Program-made: the position numbers and the translations under genes
DNA from: Aeropyrum pernix K1
GTDB lineage: Archaea; Thermoproteota; Thermoprotei_A; Sulfolobales; Acidilobaceae
NCBI RefSeq assembly: GCF_000011125.1
Contig: NC_000854.2
Span: 600,001 to 632,000, forward strand
Reading direction: 5' to 3'
DNA length: 32,000 nucleotides
Shown: piece after piece, positions 1 through 8,537 of the stretch
How positions within the stretch are numbered: the first letter of the stretch is position 1
How the letters are laid out: every line of letters starts with the position of its first letter
Notes under the pieces: generated by a model
Databases searched by the model: none
What the model was told of the DNA's origin: nothing
What the model saw: the letters and a program-made list of their open reading frames with translations, nothing else

Positions 1-360
1 GCCTCCGAACCCTAGTTTGGAGAGTGCGAGGGCTGAGGCCGCAGCTGTCCTCCAGCCCGTAGGCTCCTCAGCCGGGATGTCGAGAACCTTCTCCCCATCG
101 CTGCTCCTGAAGAGGAGGAGCACACCCCTGACCAGGGGCAGCCTCCTACTGGGGTTGCCAGGGTATACTCCCACTATCTTGGCGGAGAAGTAGCCCATGC
201 CCCCCGCAACCATAGCGCCTAGCCAAGACCCCTCAAGCGATATCGAGGACCTCGGGGCCTCAGCATGCTCGCTCCGCAGCAGCTCTTCGAGCAGCCTTAT
301 GAGGCTGCGGGGCTCCACAACCGAACCCAAGCCTTCTCCACTGCCACCCAATCCCGCCAC
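1..360 (-). CDS. Ornithine cyclodeaminase/mu-crystallin family protein (archaeal alanine dehydrogenase-like), N-terminal part only; ORF runs off the window start
   Basis: Own translation of the minus strand from GTG(360): VAGLGGSGEGLGSVVEPRSLIRLLEELL...GGMGYFSAKIVGVYPGNPSRRLPLVRGVLLLFRSSDGEKVLDIPAEEPTGWRTAAASALALSKLGFGG, open to nt 1. The K-x-V-x-x-x-PGNP...LP...RTAAAS pattern is typical of the OCD/mu-crystallin fold. It is absent from the ORF track because it has no stop in the window. The start codon is uncertain. Confidence 0.6.
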   Translation of the reverse strand, partial: MAGLGGSGEGLGSVVEPRSLIRLLEELLRSEHAEAPRSSISLEGSWLGAMVAGGMGYFSAKIVGVYPGNPSRRLPLVRGVLLLFRSSDGEKVLDIPAEEPTGWRTAAASALALSKLGFGG

Positions 361-514
361 ACCCGTTAGATAATTTTGTGAAGGGCATTCTCTTATCCTG
401 CCGGAGGCCCTCGATTTTACATATAATAATAGTATCTTATGGTGGGTCAAGCTTTTTATAGTCACTATATAACGGGTTCTACTGAATATGGGCAGTGGAT
501 AAAGGTGAAGATAT

Positions 515-2017
515 ATGAATGTGGCTAAGATCGGGGCAGTGCTCCTGGCCCTGGCTCTAATAGCGCCAGTGCTCTTCGCCACACCTGCACTATACACAGC
601 AGCAGCCCAGCCCACCACAATAACAATAGGAGCCCTCCTCCCACTCACCGGCGACCTCCAGAGCTACGGTGTGAGGGCTCAGGCCGCCGTCCAGGTGGCT
701 GTGGAGGATGTTAACGCTTATCTCGAGAGCAAGAACGCGTGGTTCAGGCTCGACCTCAAGGTTGAGGACACACAGACGAAGCCGGACGTCGCTGTCCAGA
801 AGTTCAACTCCCTCGTGGCACAGGGCATAAAGTTCATTGTAGGCCCCATGACAAGCGCGGAAGTGAAGAAGCTCAAGGACCTGGCAGACCAGAACAACGT
901 GCTGATAATAAGCCCATCAAGCACGGCGATAGAGCTGAAGATAGCCGGGGACAACGTCTTCAGGTTCTGCCCCACTGACGATGTGCAGAGCAAGGCTATA
1001 GGCGCCCTAGCAAGGGACCTCGGGTTAAAGGGAGCTGTCATTATAAACAGGGCAGACACCTGGGGCAACGGCCTGATGGAGGCGACTAAGGAGGTCCTCG
1101 AGAACGAGGGTGTGGAGGTAGCGAGCGTCTACAGCTACAACCCCGAGTCGCCCAACTTCTCCGGCATCGCCAGCCAGGCTAACGGCGATGTTGAGAGCCT
1201 GGTGAGCAAGTATGGGAAGGACAAGGTAGCTGTTGTTGCTATAGGCTTCAAGGAGGTTGTAGAGCTGTTCAGCGCCGCCGCTGACTACGAGACTCTCGAG
1301 AGCGTCCTCTGGATAGGGAGCGACGGTACAGCACAGCTGAGCGAGTTCACCACCGACCCGCTTGCAAGGGAGTTCTCTGTGTCGACTCTATTCATAAATC
1401 CGTTATTCTCGCCTGCGGCCACTGAGGCTCAGGAGAAGGTTAGGCAGGAAGTTGTGGCGAAGATAGGGGAGGAGCCCGACGCCTACTCGCTGGCGGCCTA
1501 CGATGCAGTCTGGGCCATAGCCCTAGCTCTACTCCAGGCGGGGCCCATGGACAACCCTGACGAGATGGTGAACAAGGTAAAGGAGCTGCTCCCGCAGATA
1601 ACCACCAGCGACGAGTTCGCGCAGTTCGCGGCGACAGGCAAGTTCCCGCTGGACGAGGGCGGCGACAGGGCCACCGCAGACTACGACTGGCACATAGTCG
1701 CCAAGATTGGCGGAGAGTACAAGTGGGTCAAGGCTGGCGTCTACAAGGGCGTCGAGGATAAGAACGAGTGGGTGACAATCGAGGGTCTAGGCAAGACGTT
1801 CCCACAGCTCTTCCAGGAGAAGTTCACCCCCGCAGAGACAGAGACCGAAACCTCACCCAGCCCTACACAGGCCGAGACCACACCAACCCCAACACCAGAA
1901 GAGACTGAAACCGAAACAGCCGAGGAGGGCGGAGTCTCGACAACCCTGATAGCCGCGATAATAATAATAGTCATCGTAATAGCTGCTGCCGCCTACTTCT
2001 TCCTCAGGTCCCGCTAA
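515..2017 (+). CDS. ABC transporter substrate-binding protein, Leu/Ile/Val-binding (PBP type 1) family, with C-terminal Thr/Pro/Glu stalk and membrane tail
   Basis: N-terminal hydrophobic signal/anchor (VLLALALIAPVLFA). Periplasmic-binding-protein-like body (TIGALLPLTGDLQSYG..., FIVGPMTSAEV). It lies directly upstream of LivG/F/H/M homologues. GGTGA Shine-Dalgarno sequence 7 nt before the ATG. Confidence 0.8.
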   Translation: MNVAKIGAVLLALALIAPVLFATPALYTAAAQPTTITIGALLPLTGDLQSYGVRAQAAVQVAVEDVNAYLESKNAWFRLDLKVEDTQTKPDVAVQKFNSLVAQGIKFIVGPMTSAEVKKLKDLADQNNVLIISPSSTAIELKIAGDNVFRFCPTDDVQSKAIGALARDLGLKGAVIINRADTWGNGLMEATKEVLENEGVEVASVYSYNPESPNFSGIASQANGDVESLVSKYGKDKVAVVAIGFKEVVELFSAAADYETLESVLWIGSDGTAQLSEFTTDPLAREFSVSTLFINPLFSPAATEAQEKVRQEVVAKIGEEPDAYSLAAYDAVWAIALALLQAGPMDNPDEMVNKVKELLPQITTSDEFAQFAATGKFPLDEGGDRATADYDWHIVAKIGGEYKWVKAGVYKGVEDKNEWVTIEGLGKTFPQLFQEKFTPAETETETSPSPTQAETTPTPTPEETETETAEEGGVSTTLIAAIIIIVIVIAAAAYFFLRSR

Positions 2018-2056
2018 GGCTGGCAACCCCCCCGGCTAGCTGATCTGTCTTCAATC

Positions 2057-2089
2057 CCCTTTTTCCCTCCCTCTATGCTATTTTTAAAC
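2057..2089 (+). terminator. T-rich tracts after the binding-protein gene (possible intra-operon terminator)
   Basis: cccctttttccctccctctatgctatttttaaa begins about 40 nt after the stop. Archaeal termination uses oligo-T. An AT-rich promoter-like block (aagtttatagtag) follows before livG. Confidence 0.3.
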
Positions 2090-2219
2090 GCCCCCGGGTC
2101 ATCTCCGCGGGCGGCTGGGTTCGCCTCTATTGTTATTTTTGATATGTGTAAAATAATGTTGAAGATAAAGTTTATAGTAGTTAATCGTGATTCCCACTCT
2201 GGGGTAGAGGCTGCGTGTA

Positions 2220-2984
2220 ATGGCGGGGGATATTATACTCCGGGTGGAGGATCTGGAGAAGAGGTTCGGCGGTATAGTAGCTCTAGACAAGGTCAACCTT
2301 GAGATAGAGCGGGGCAAGGTTACCCTTCTCATAGGCCCTAACGGCTCTGGTAAGACTACATTGGTTAACGTTATCTCGGGCTTCTACAAGCCCGACGGTG
2401 GACGGGTTCTCTTTAAGGGTAGGGATATAACGGGTATGAGCCCCCACGAGATATCGAAGCTCGGCCTTGTAAGGACCTTCCAGATACCCAAGCCGTTCAC
2501 AAATCTTACGGTTCTGGAGAACGTTTTAACCGCGGCTGACAGCCCGGGGGAGAACGTCTATTTGGCAGGCTTGGCGAGGAGGCTTTGGCTCGGCTTCGAG
2601 AAGAGGGCGGCAGCCAGGGCTTTCGAGATACTCGGCTGGGTCGGCCTGGATCACATGTGGGACCGGAGGTCGGGCGAGCTTAGCGGCGGGCAGATGAAGC
2701 TTCTCGAGATAGCTAGGGCCATTATGAAAGGGGCGGAGATGATTATTATGGACGAGCCCGCTGCGGGCGTCAACCCGAGGCTGGCCGGGTCTATAATGGA
2801 GAGGATAAAGTACCTGGCCAGGGAGAAGGGGATTACGTTCCTCATAATAGAGCACAGGATAGGGCTTGTGAAGGAGTATGTAGACCGGGTTTACGCTATG
2901 AGCATGGGCAAGGTTATAGCGTCGGGCAAGCCCGACGAGGTGCTGAACAACCCCGTAGTTCTGGAGAGCTACCTGGGTGGGTAG
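2220..2984 (+). CDS. livG: Branched-chain amino acid ABC transporter ATP-binding protein (LivG type)
   Basis: Walker A GPNGSGKTT, signature LSGGQMKLLEIARA, Walker B IIMDEPAAG. LivG-type insertion and C-terminal VLESYLG motif. Confidence 0.9.
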   Translation: MAGDIILRVEDLEKRFGGIVALDKVNLEIERGKVTLLIGPNGSGKTTLVNVISGFYKPDGGRVLFKGRDITGMSPHEISKLGLVRTFQIPKPFTNLTVLENVLTAADSPGENVYLAGLARRLWLGFEKRAAARAFEILGWVGLDHMWDRRSGELSGGQMKLLEIARAIMKGAEMIIMDEPAAGVNPRLAGSIMERIKYLAREKGITFLIIEHRIGLVKEYVDRVYAMSMGKVIASGKPDEVLNNPVVLESYLGG

Positions 2985-2986
2985 CC

Positions 2987-3700
2987 GTGGGGGACTGGAT
3001 TATAAAGCTTGAGGATGTTAGCGCGGGCTATGGCAAGCTCCAGACACTCTTCGACGTTAGCCTCGAGATACCGAGGGGCCTCATAACTGTTATAGTAGGG
3101 CCTAACGGAGCCGGCAAGAGCACTCTATTGAAGACAATGTTCGGCTTTACCACCGTCTACAAGGGGAGGGTTCTCTTCGAGAACACTGATGTCACCCACA
3201 TGCCGCCCCACGATAGGGCTAAGATAGGGATGACCTTCATATTCCAGCTGGAGAACATATTCAGGGAGCTAACCGTCTATGAGAACCTACGTCTAGCTGG
3301 CTACGATCTGCCGGAGGATGTCTTCAGAGACAGGCTGGAGGAGGTGTTCTCCATGTTTCCCAGGCTGAAGGAGAGGCTCGGCCAGAAGGCAGGGACGCTG
3401 AGCGGGGGGGAGAGGCAGATGCTCGCCATGGCCATAGGTATAATGAGGAAGCCGAAGGTCTTCCTTATAGACGAGCCAACCGCCGGTCTCTCCCCCAAGC
3501 TCGCCAAGGAGGTGCTCTCATACGTCAGGATACTCAACAAGGAGGGCTATACAGTCGTCCTCGTCGAGCAGAACGTCAAGGCTTCGCTGGAGATCGGTGA
3601 CAAAGGGGTGCTGGTGGTCAACGGCAGGATAGCGTTCGACGGCCCCGCCGAGGAGCTGCTGGCCAGGAAGGACCTGGCCAAAATGTATCTTGGCGTGTAG
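2987..3700 (+). CDS. livF: Branched-chain amino acid ABC transporter ATP-binding protein (LivF type)
   Basis: Walker A GPNGAGKST, signature LSGGERQMLAM, Walker B FLIDEPTAGLSP, C-terminal YLG. GTG start 2 nt after the livG stop. Confidence 0.9.
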   Translation: MGDWIIKLEDVSAGYGKLQTLFDVSLEIPRGLITVIVGPNGAGKSTLLKTMFGFTTVYKGRVLFENTDVTHMPPHDRAKIGMTFIFQLENIFRELTVYENLRLAGYDLPEDVFRDRLEEVFSMFPRLKERLGQKAGTLSGGERQMLAMAIGIMRKPKVFLIDEPTAGLSPKLAKEVLSYVRILNKEGYTVVLVEQNVKASLEIGDKGVLVVNGRIAFDGPAEELLARKDLAKMYLGV

Positions 3701-3713
3701 GGGGTGCTTTCTC

Positions 3714-4778
3714 ATGGTTGACGTTAAGGTAGTGTTTGACATGCTCGCATACTCGGGGGTCATAGCACTCCTGAGCCTGGGCATAACGCTTGCATACATA
3801 ACAACCAGGGTGTTCAACTTCGCCCACCCAAGGATAGCCAACGTGGGGGCCTATGCGGCCGCCGCCTCCATGGCACTCTATGTGGACCTGGTGCGTGACG
3901 AGGGTATAGGCCGGTTTAAAGTCTCGCTAGGCCCCCTCGAGGTTACAGGGCTGGTGGCGCCCGACGTTCTAGCCGTCGGGATAGTGTTCGCGGTCATAGC
4001 CGGGATTATCACTGCGCTAGCCGAATACTACCTCGTCCTCAGGCCCCTGATAGAGAGGGGCGCCGACTTCCTGAAGCTTATGATAGCAACACTTGCTTTC
4101 GACTTCTTCGTCATAGCAACACTGTTCATCCTCGGGACACACATATCCGTCAAGGAGCTGGTCAGCGGAGTCTTCGGAAGGGAGACCACAAGCCTTTCTC
4201 TACACGCCTTCGACGCCAGAATCGACCTAGCCGTGCTAGGCTATAAGCTGAGAGGGATTATGCTGTTCTCCTTCCTAGGAAGCCTAGCCATAGCCCTAAT
4301 GCTCTACATACTACTCTTCAAGACCAAGCTGGGCGTAAAGATGAGGGCCTCCATAGAGAACCCCTCCCTGGCCGAGGTCCTCGGCATAAACGTGCAGCAG
4401 GTGTACACTATAGCCTGGATAATAAGCGGGGCCACGGCAGGGTTCGCCGGGTTCCTTATACTGTTCATGGGCGACATCGTGAAGCCCGTGACAGCGTCGA
4501 GCCCGGCCGACGAGATAATAGTGAGCGCCTTCGCAGGCAGCATAGTTGGCGGGGTCAACAGCGTGTTCGGCTCCATAGGGGGAGGCTTCATAATAGGCGC
4601 TGTGGAGATACTGATATCCTCAGTTATAACAGACGTCACTGGCATAGACGTTACCAGATACAACAAGATGCTCTCGATGCTGGCAGTAGCCCTGACCCTA
4701 CTCTTCGCGCCGCAGGGACTGGCCGCTCTATACTCCGAAAAGATTCAGGCCAGGCTTCCCAGGCTGAGGGGAGGCTAG
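3714..4778 (+). CDS. livH: Branched-chain amino acid ABC transporter permease (LivH type)
   Basis: Polytopic hydrophobic protein in Liv operon context. The track ORF starts at TTG 3690 and overlaps the livF end. ATG 3714 is preferred because GGGGGTG lies 8 nt upstream and the product starts MVDVKVVFDMLAYSGVIALLSLG, like LivH N-termini. Confidence 0.8.
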   Translation: MVDVKVVFDMLAYSGVIALLSLGITLAYITTRVFNFAHPRIANVGAYAAAASMALYVDLVRDEGIGRFKVSLGPLEVTGLVAPDVLAVGIVFAVIAGIITALAEYYLVLRPLIERGADFLKLMIATLAFDFFVIATLFILGTHISVKELVSGVFGRETTSLSLHAFDARIDLAVLGYKLRGIMLFSFLGSLAIALMLYILLFKTKLGVKMRASIENPSLAEVLGINVQQVYTIAWIISGATAGFAGFLILFMGDIVKPVTASSPADEIIVSAFAGSIVGGVNSVFGSIGGGFIIGAVEILISSVITDVTGIDVTRYNKMLSMLAVALTLLFAPQGLAALYSEKIQARLPRLRGG

Positions 4779-4781
4779 GGG

Positions 4782-5954
4782 GTGGTCGCTGTGCCCTCGG
4801 TTGATATCACGTTCCTTGTGGAGTTCATAGTCGCCTACGTGGCTGTATACTACGTGCTCACGTCTTCCCTCAACCTCAAGGCCGGGGTCACAGGCATACC
4901 CGACTTTGGCCAGGCGATGTTCTTTGCTGTTGGAGGTATAGTTGTGGGCAACCTTGCGGCCAGGATAGCCGCTGCCCTGGCCGGCATGGACCCCTCCCTA
5001 GTTATAGCGGAGAACACCACCACGCTTGAGGTGCTTAACAGCGAGTTCTTCCCAAACAGGCCTCTAGAGTCGATAGCAATACTTGTTGTCGCAATAGCCT
5101 CGGCCCTAGCCCTCGGAGGCCTTCTCGGGCTCCTAGCCTCCTACCCTGCCCTGAGGCTTAGGGGCGACTACCTGGCCATAATGCTCCTGGTGACGGCGGA
5201 GGCCCTCAGGATATACACAACCTATAGCGTGTGGCTAATGGGCTCCACACCCACTGTGGGTCTCACACTACCCAGCCTGCTAGCTTGGACCGGCGACCCG
5301 GGGCTCGCCTCCATATTGCTAACACTGGCTATAGCAGTGGCTGTCTACATTTACATGGAGAGGCTCTACAACTCTCCCGCAGGGAGGCTGATGAGGGCTG
5401 TGAGGGATGACGAGGACGCCTCGAAAGCCCTGGGCAAGGATGTGGCGAAGGTTAGGAGGAATGCGATGGTCGTTGGAAGCGCCCTAGCCGCTCTGGCAGG
5501 CGTACTCTACTCGATAAACCCGCTCCTAGCCGGGAGCTCAGTGGCGGCAGTCTCGATATTCGACAGGATGCTCTGGACTTTCTGGCCATGGGCCCTCATG
5601 ATACTGGGCGGTATGTCCAGCAACAGGGGAGTGGCAATAGCCTCAGTGGTTACCGGCGCCGCCATACTAGGGCCTATAAGGCTGTACAAGGCAGAGCTTG
5701 CCAGGCTCCTCAGAGTCGACGCCCTAGGCTTCGACACCGACAAGTTCGCCGCCGGCCTAGAGTTCATACTCATAGGACCCCTCATACTAGCCATACTATT
5801 CCTCAGGCCCCAGGGGATAATACCGGAGCCGCCCTCCAGGACCCTCCCGGAGAAAGATATAGAGGAGATAAAGGCCAGGACAGCTGGCCAGACCGGCTCC
5901 GAGACCCCCCAGGGCGAGGAGGAGCCGCCGGCCAGCGATACCGAGGCCCGGTAA
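4782..5954 (+). CDS. livM: Branched-chain amino acid ABC transporter permease (LivM type) with hydrophilic acidic C-terminal tail
   Basis: Polytopic membrane protein containing LRLRGDYLAIMLL and MRAVRDDEDASKALG (LivM-like cytoplasmic loop). GTG start 3 nt after the livH stop. The last ~45 aa are hydrophilic (PEKDIEEIKARTAGQTGSETPQGEEEPPASDTEAR). Confidence 0.8.
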   Translation: MVAVPSVDITFLVEFIVAYVAVYYVLTSSLNLKAGVTGIPDFGQAMFFAVGGIVVGNLAARIAAALAGMDPSLVIAENTTTLEVLNSEFFPNRPLESIAILVVAIASALALGGLLGLLASYPALRLRGDYLAIMLLVTAEALRIYTTYSVWLMGSTPTVGLTLPSLLAWTGDPGLASILLTLAIAVAVYIYMERLYNSPAGRLMRAVRDDEDASKALGKDVAKVRRNAMVVGSALAALAGVLYSINPLLAGSSVAAVSIFDRMLWTFWPWALMILGGMSSNRGVAIASVVTGAAILGPIRLYKAELARLLRVDALGFDTDKFAAGLEFILIGPLILAILFLRPQGIIPEPPSRTLPEKDIEEIKARTAGQTGSETPQGEEEPPASDTEAR

Positions 5955-6037
5955 CAAGTATACCAAACCACGTTTTTACCCGCACATACTTCTAGACTTA
6001 ATAAGCCCTGGCTGTTAAACCGGGAATAGTGGCCTGG

Positions 6038-6114
6038 GGGCCCGTAGCTCAGCCTGGTAGAGCGCCCGGCTGATAACCGGGAGGTCGGGGGTTCGAATCC
6101 CCCCGGGCCCACCA
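6038..6114 (+). tRNA. tRNA-Ile (anticodon GAU), intron-less, CCA encoded
   Basis: Cloverleaf read by eye. Acceptor GGGCCCG/CGGGCCC. D arm GCTC-AGCCTGGTA-GAGC. Anticodon stem CCCGG/CCGGG with loop CTGATAA. Variable AGGTC. T arm GGGGG-TTCGAAT-CCCCC. Discriminator A followed by CCA. Confidence 0.93.
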
Positions 6115-6206
6115 CCCTTCCTTCAGGCTATACTTCCCGGTAATACGGGGTCTCAACCACCTAGTCCGCCTTCATTTCTAACACACACCCCTGGGGTGTC
6201 TAGGAG

Positions 6207-6680
6207 TTGTCGTTTGAAAGGACTGTGGACTCCAGGGTAGGCCCCCTGGACTCTACTACCAGGGCTTTCCTCTTTTCAGACCTGCTCTCCTCAGTGGATA
6301 TATTCGTGGCGAGCGTGACGGCCTCCATGGTTTCGAGCGATGAGAGGCTTCTCTCGGTTGCTCTAACAGAGCTAGAGTACCTCCTAGGGGAGACTGCACA
6401 CCTCAGGGATATAGAGGGTTCTCTGGAGGTTGTGGGCGGGGCTAAAGCTGGGATATACCAGATACTAGCCTCTCTAGGGCCCGAGGGGCTTAGGACTCTC
6501 CTGGCGTCGAGCATAGAGGCTCTGGAAGGCTATGGCAGCCCCGAGCCCAGTCTAGCGGCAGAGCTTGCCAGGCTCTCGGGTTGGAGGGTGGATCCGGGCA
6601 GGCTAGAGCACGTGACAGCCGCCAGTGCTGTCCTCCTCACTGTAGCGGCGGCGTTCCTGAAGGAAGTCTCCTCCTTCTAG
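6207..6680 (+). CDS. Hypothetical protein (157 aa), no recognisable motif
   Basis: The only long ORF in this gap. Codon usage resembles neighbours (AGG, CTC, ATA, GAG). TTG start; an internal ATG (codon 41) is an alternative start. Confidence 0.45.
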   Translation: MSFERTVDSRVGPLDSTTRAFLFSDLLSSVDIFVASVTASMVSSDERLLSVALTELEYLLGETAHLRDIEGSLEVVGGAKAGIYQILASLGPEGLRTLLASSIEALEGYGSPEPSLAAELARLSGWRVDPGRLEHVTAASAVLLTVAAAFLKEVSSF

Positions 6681-6777
6681 GGGGTAGGGTAGCGATATTT
6701 AAGCTATCCTCGTCCCCTCATATTAAAACCCTACCGGGGGCCTAGTCTTTACTCTTCAGGGCAACTCTCCTTATTAG

Positions 6778-7980
6778 GTGCATAGTTTGGGAAGAGCCGT
6801 TGCTATTGTAGGCACTGGCCACTCGAAATTCGGTGTCAGGAACGACGTTAACATTGCGGAGCTCGCATGGGAGGCCATGAGGGAGGCAGCCTCCGAGGCG
6901 GGCATAGAGCTTAGGGATGTAGACCAGGTTGTCGTCGGCAACGCTGGCGGGTGGAGCAGCGAGTACCTCTCAAGCATAGTCCTCCTCGAGTATGCCGGGA
7001 TAAGCGGGAAGCCTGTTTACAGGGTCGAGGCTGCCTGCGCCACCGGGAGCGCTGCGATAAAGGCTGCTCACGACGCTATCGCGGCGGGGGAGGCTGACCT
7101 GGTCCTGGTTGTTGGTGTTGAGAAGATGAACGAGAGCCCGACGCCAATAGTGGTTGAGATGATAGGGAGGGCCGGGAACTATTTCTGGGAGTTCGAGAAC
7201 TTCGGCCTAACTTTCCCAGGCTACTACGCCCTCTATGCCACAGCATATATGAGCGAGTTCGGCGCTACTGAAGAGGACCTCTGCAGGGTGGCGGTTAAGA
7301 ACCACCACCACGCCAGCATGAACCCCAAGGCCCACTTCCCCCGGGCTATAACCCTGGAGCAGTGCCTCCAGTCCAGGTATGTAGCATGGCCGCTGAAGCT
7401 ATACGACAGCAGCCCCATAACAGACGGGGCCGCCGCTGTTGTCATGGCTAGCGAGGACCTCGCCAGGAAGCTTACAGACAGCCCGGTGTGGATACACTCG
7501 ATAGGAATGGCCAGCGACACTAGCAACCTGAGCAAGAGGCCCGACTTCCTCGTACACAGGGCTAGCAGGCTGGCTGCGGAGAGGGCTTTCAAGAAGCTGG
7601 GGATAGAGATTGAGGGGTCCTACAAGCACTTCGACTTCGCCAACGTGCACGACGCATTCACTATAGCCGAGATACTGGCCTACGAGGCCATGGGCTTCGC
7701 AAAGCTGGGAGAGGGCTACAAGCTGGTTAGGGAGGAGCAGACGTACGTAGGAGGGCTAATACCGGTGAACCTGGACGGCGGGCTGAAGGCCAAGGGCCAC
7801 CCGATAGGGGCTACCGGTGTCAGCATGGCAGTCGAGCACGTGAGGCAGCTCCAGGGAAGGGTTGAGAAGGGCAGGCAGGCCGAGATAAAACGCGGCAGGA
7901 GCCTGGCACACAACGTCGGCGGCACCGGCCACTACGCCTTCGTAACAGTATACGGCCTAGACAAGCCCAGGAGTCGCTAG
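6778..7980 (+). CDS. Thiolase (acetyl-CoA C-acetyltransferase / SCP-x-type thiolase family)
   Basis: AIVGTGHSKFG N-terminus, active-site Cys context VEAACATGSAAI, C-terminal GHPIGATG and NVGGTG motifs typical of archaeal thiolases. GTG start; TTG at 6787 is also possible. Confidence 0.88.
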   Translation: MHSLGRAVAIVGTGHSKFGVRNDVNIAELAWEAMREAASEAGIELRDVDQVVVGNAGGWSSEYLSSIVLLEYAGISGKPVYRVEAACATGSAAIKAAHDAIAAGEADLVLVVGVEKMNESPTPIVVEMIGRAGNYFWEFENFGLTFPGYYALYATAYMSEFGATEEDLCRVAVKNHHHASMNPKAHFPRAITLEQCLQSRYVAWPLKLYDSSPITDGAAAVVMASEDLARKLTDSPVWIHSIGMASDTSNLSKRPDFLVHRASRLAAERAFKKLGIEIEGSYKHFDFANVHDAFTIAEILAYEAMGFAKLGEGYKLVREEQTYVGGLIPVNLDGGLKAKGHPIGATGVSMAVEHVRQLQGRVEKGRQAEIKRGRSLAHNVGGTGHYAFVTVYGLDKPRSR

Positions 7981-7984
7981 GGGG

Positions 7985-8533
7985 GTGTCCAGGGTGAGCC
8001 AGAAGAGGCTTATGGACGAGTTCATGTCTCAGGTTGAGGCGTTTGCCGAGGAGATGAAGAGGAGCATGGGCCTGCCCATACTCCTAGACCAGAAGACGGG
8101 CGTGGCCATGTGGTTCGACCAGAGGGAGCTGAGGATAAGGTTCGCCATAAGCATTGAGAAGATTAGAAGGTTCTTCGAGGGGCTGACAGAGGGCAAGATA
8201 CTGGCCACAAAGTGCGTCAAGACAGGGAAGATATACTTCCCTCCCCAGGTGGACTGCCCCGACGCTCCGGACAGCGAGGTCGAGTGGGTCGAGATACCCC
8301 GGGAGGGCGTGCTGCTGACCTACACGGTGATAAACACGAAGCCCTACACCTTCAGCCACTACCCCGACTACGTGGTGGGTATAGGGAAGGTAGCGGAGGG
8401 GCTAAACATACTAGCCTGGGTTAGAGGCGACCCCAGGAAGCTCAGGAGGGGTATGAAGGTTCGGCTTGAAGTGGTGAAGAGGGAGCCGGAGGGCTATCTA
8501 ACATACGAGTGGGTTCCCGTGGAGGAGGGCTGA
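7985..8533 (+). CDS. DUF35 OB-fold/zinc-ribbon protein (thiolase-associated scaffold family)
   Basis: Immediately follows the thiolase gene, the canonical pairing. KCVKTGKIYFPPQVDCPDA ribbon-like segment followed by an OB-like C-terminus (VVGIGKVAEGLNILAWV...GMKVRLEVV). Start codon ambiguous (GTG 7985/7994 or ATG 8012). Confidence 0.75.
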   Translation: MSRVSQKRLMDEFMSQVEAFAEEMKRSMGLPILLDQKTGVAMWFDQRELRIRFAISIEKIRRFFEGLTEGKILATKCVKTGKIYFPPQVDCPDAPDSEVEWVEIPREGVLLTYTVINTKPYTFSHYPDYVVGIGKVAEGLNILAWVRGDPRKLRRGMKVRLEVVKREPEGYLTYEWVPVEEG

Positions 8534-8537
8534 CAGG

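Noticed and set aside
5507-6115. 202-aa minus-strand ORF spanning the livM 3' end and the tRNA gene
   Set aside because: Its N-terminus (MVGPGGFEPPTSRLSAGRSTRLSYGP) is the typical reverse-complement reading of a tRNA. The rest is antisense to the well-supported livM gene.
6115-6206. tRNA-Ile 3' flank as an integration site for a mobile element or provirus
   Set aside because: No integrase is present, no duplicated copy of the tRNA 3' half occurs elsewhere in the window, and the downstream genes look like ordinary metabolism.
6683-6735. 8-bp inverted repeat ggtagggt/accctacc bracketing the TATA-like boxes upstream of the thiolase gene
   Set aside because: It is a single short helix enclosing AT-rich promoter sequence, with no second line of evidence for an RNA or operator.
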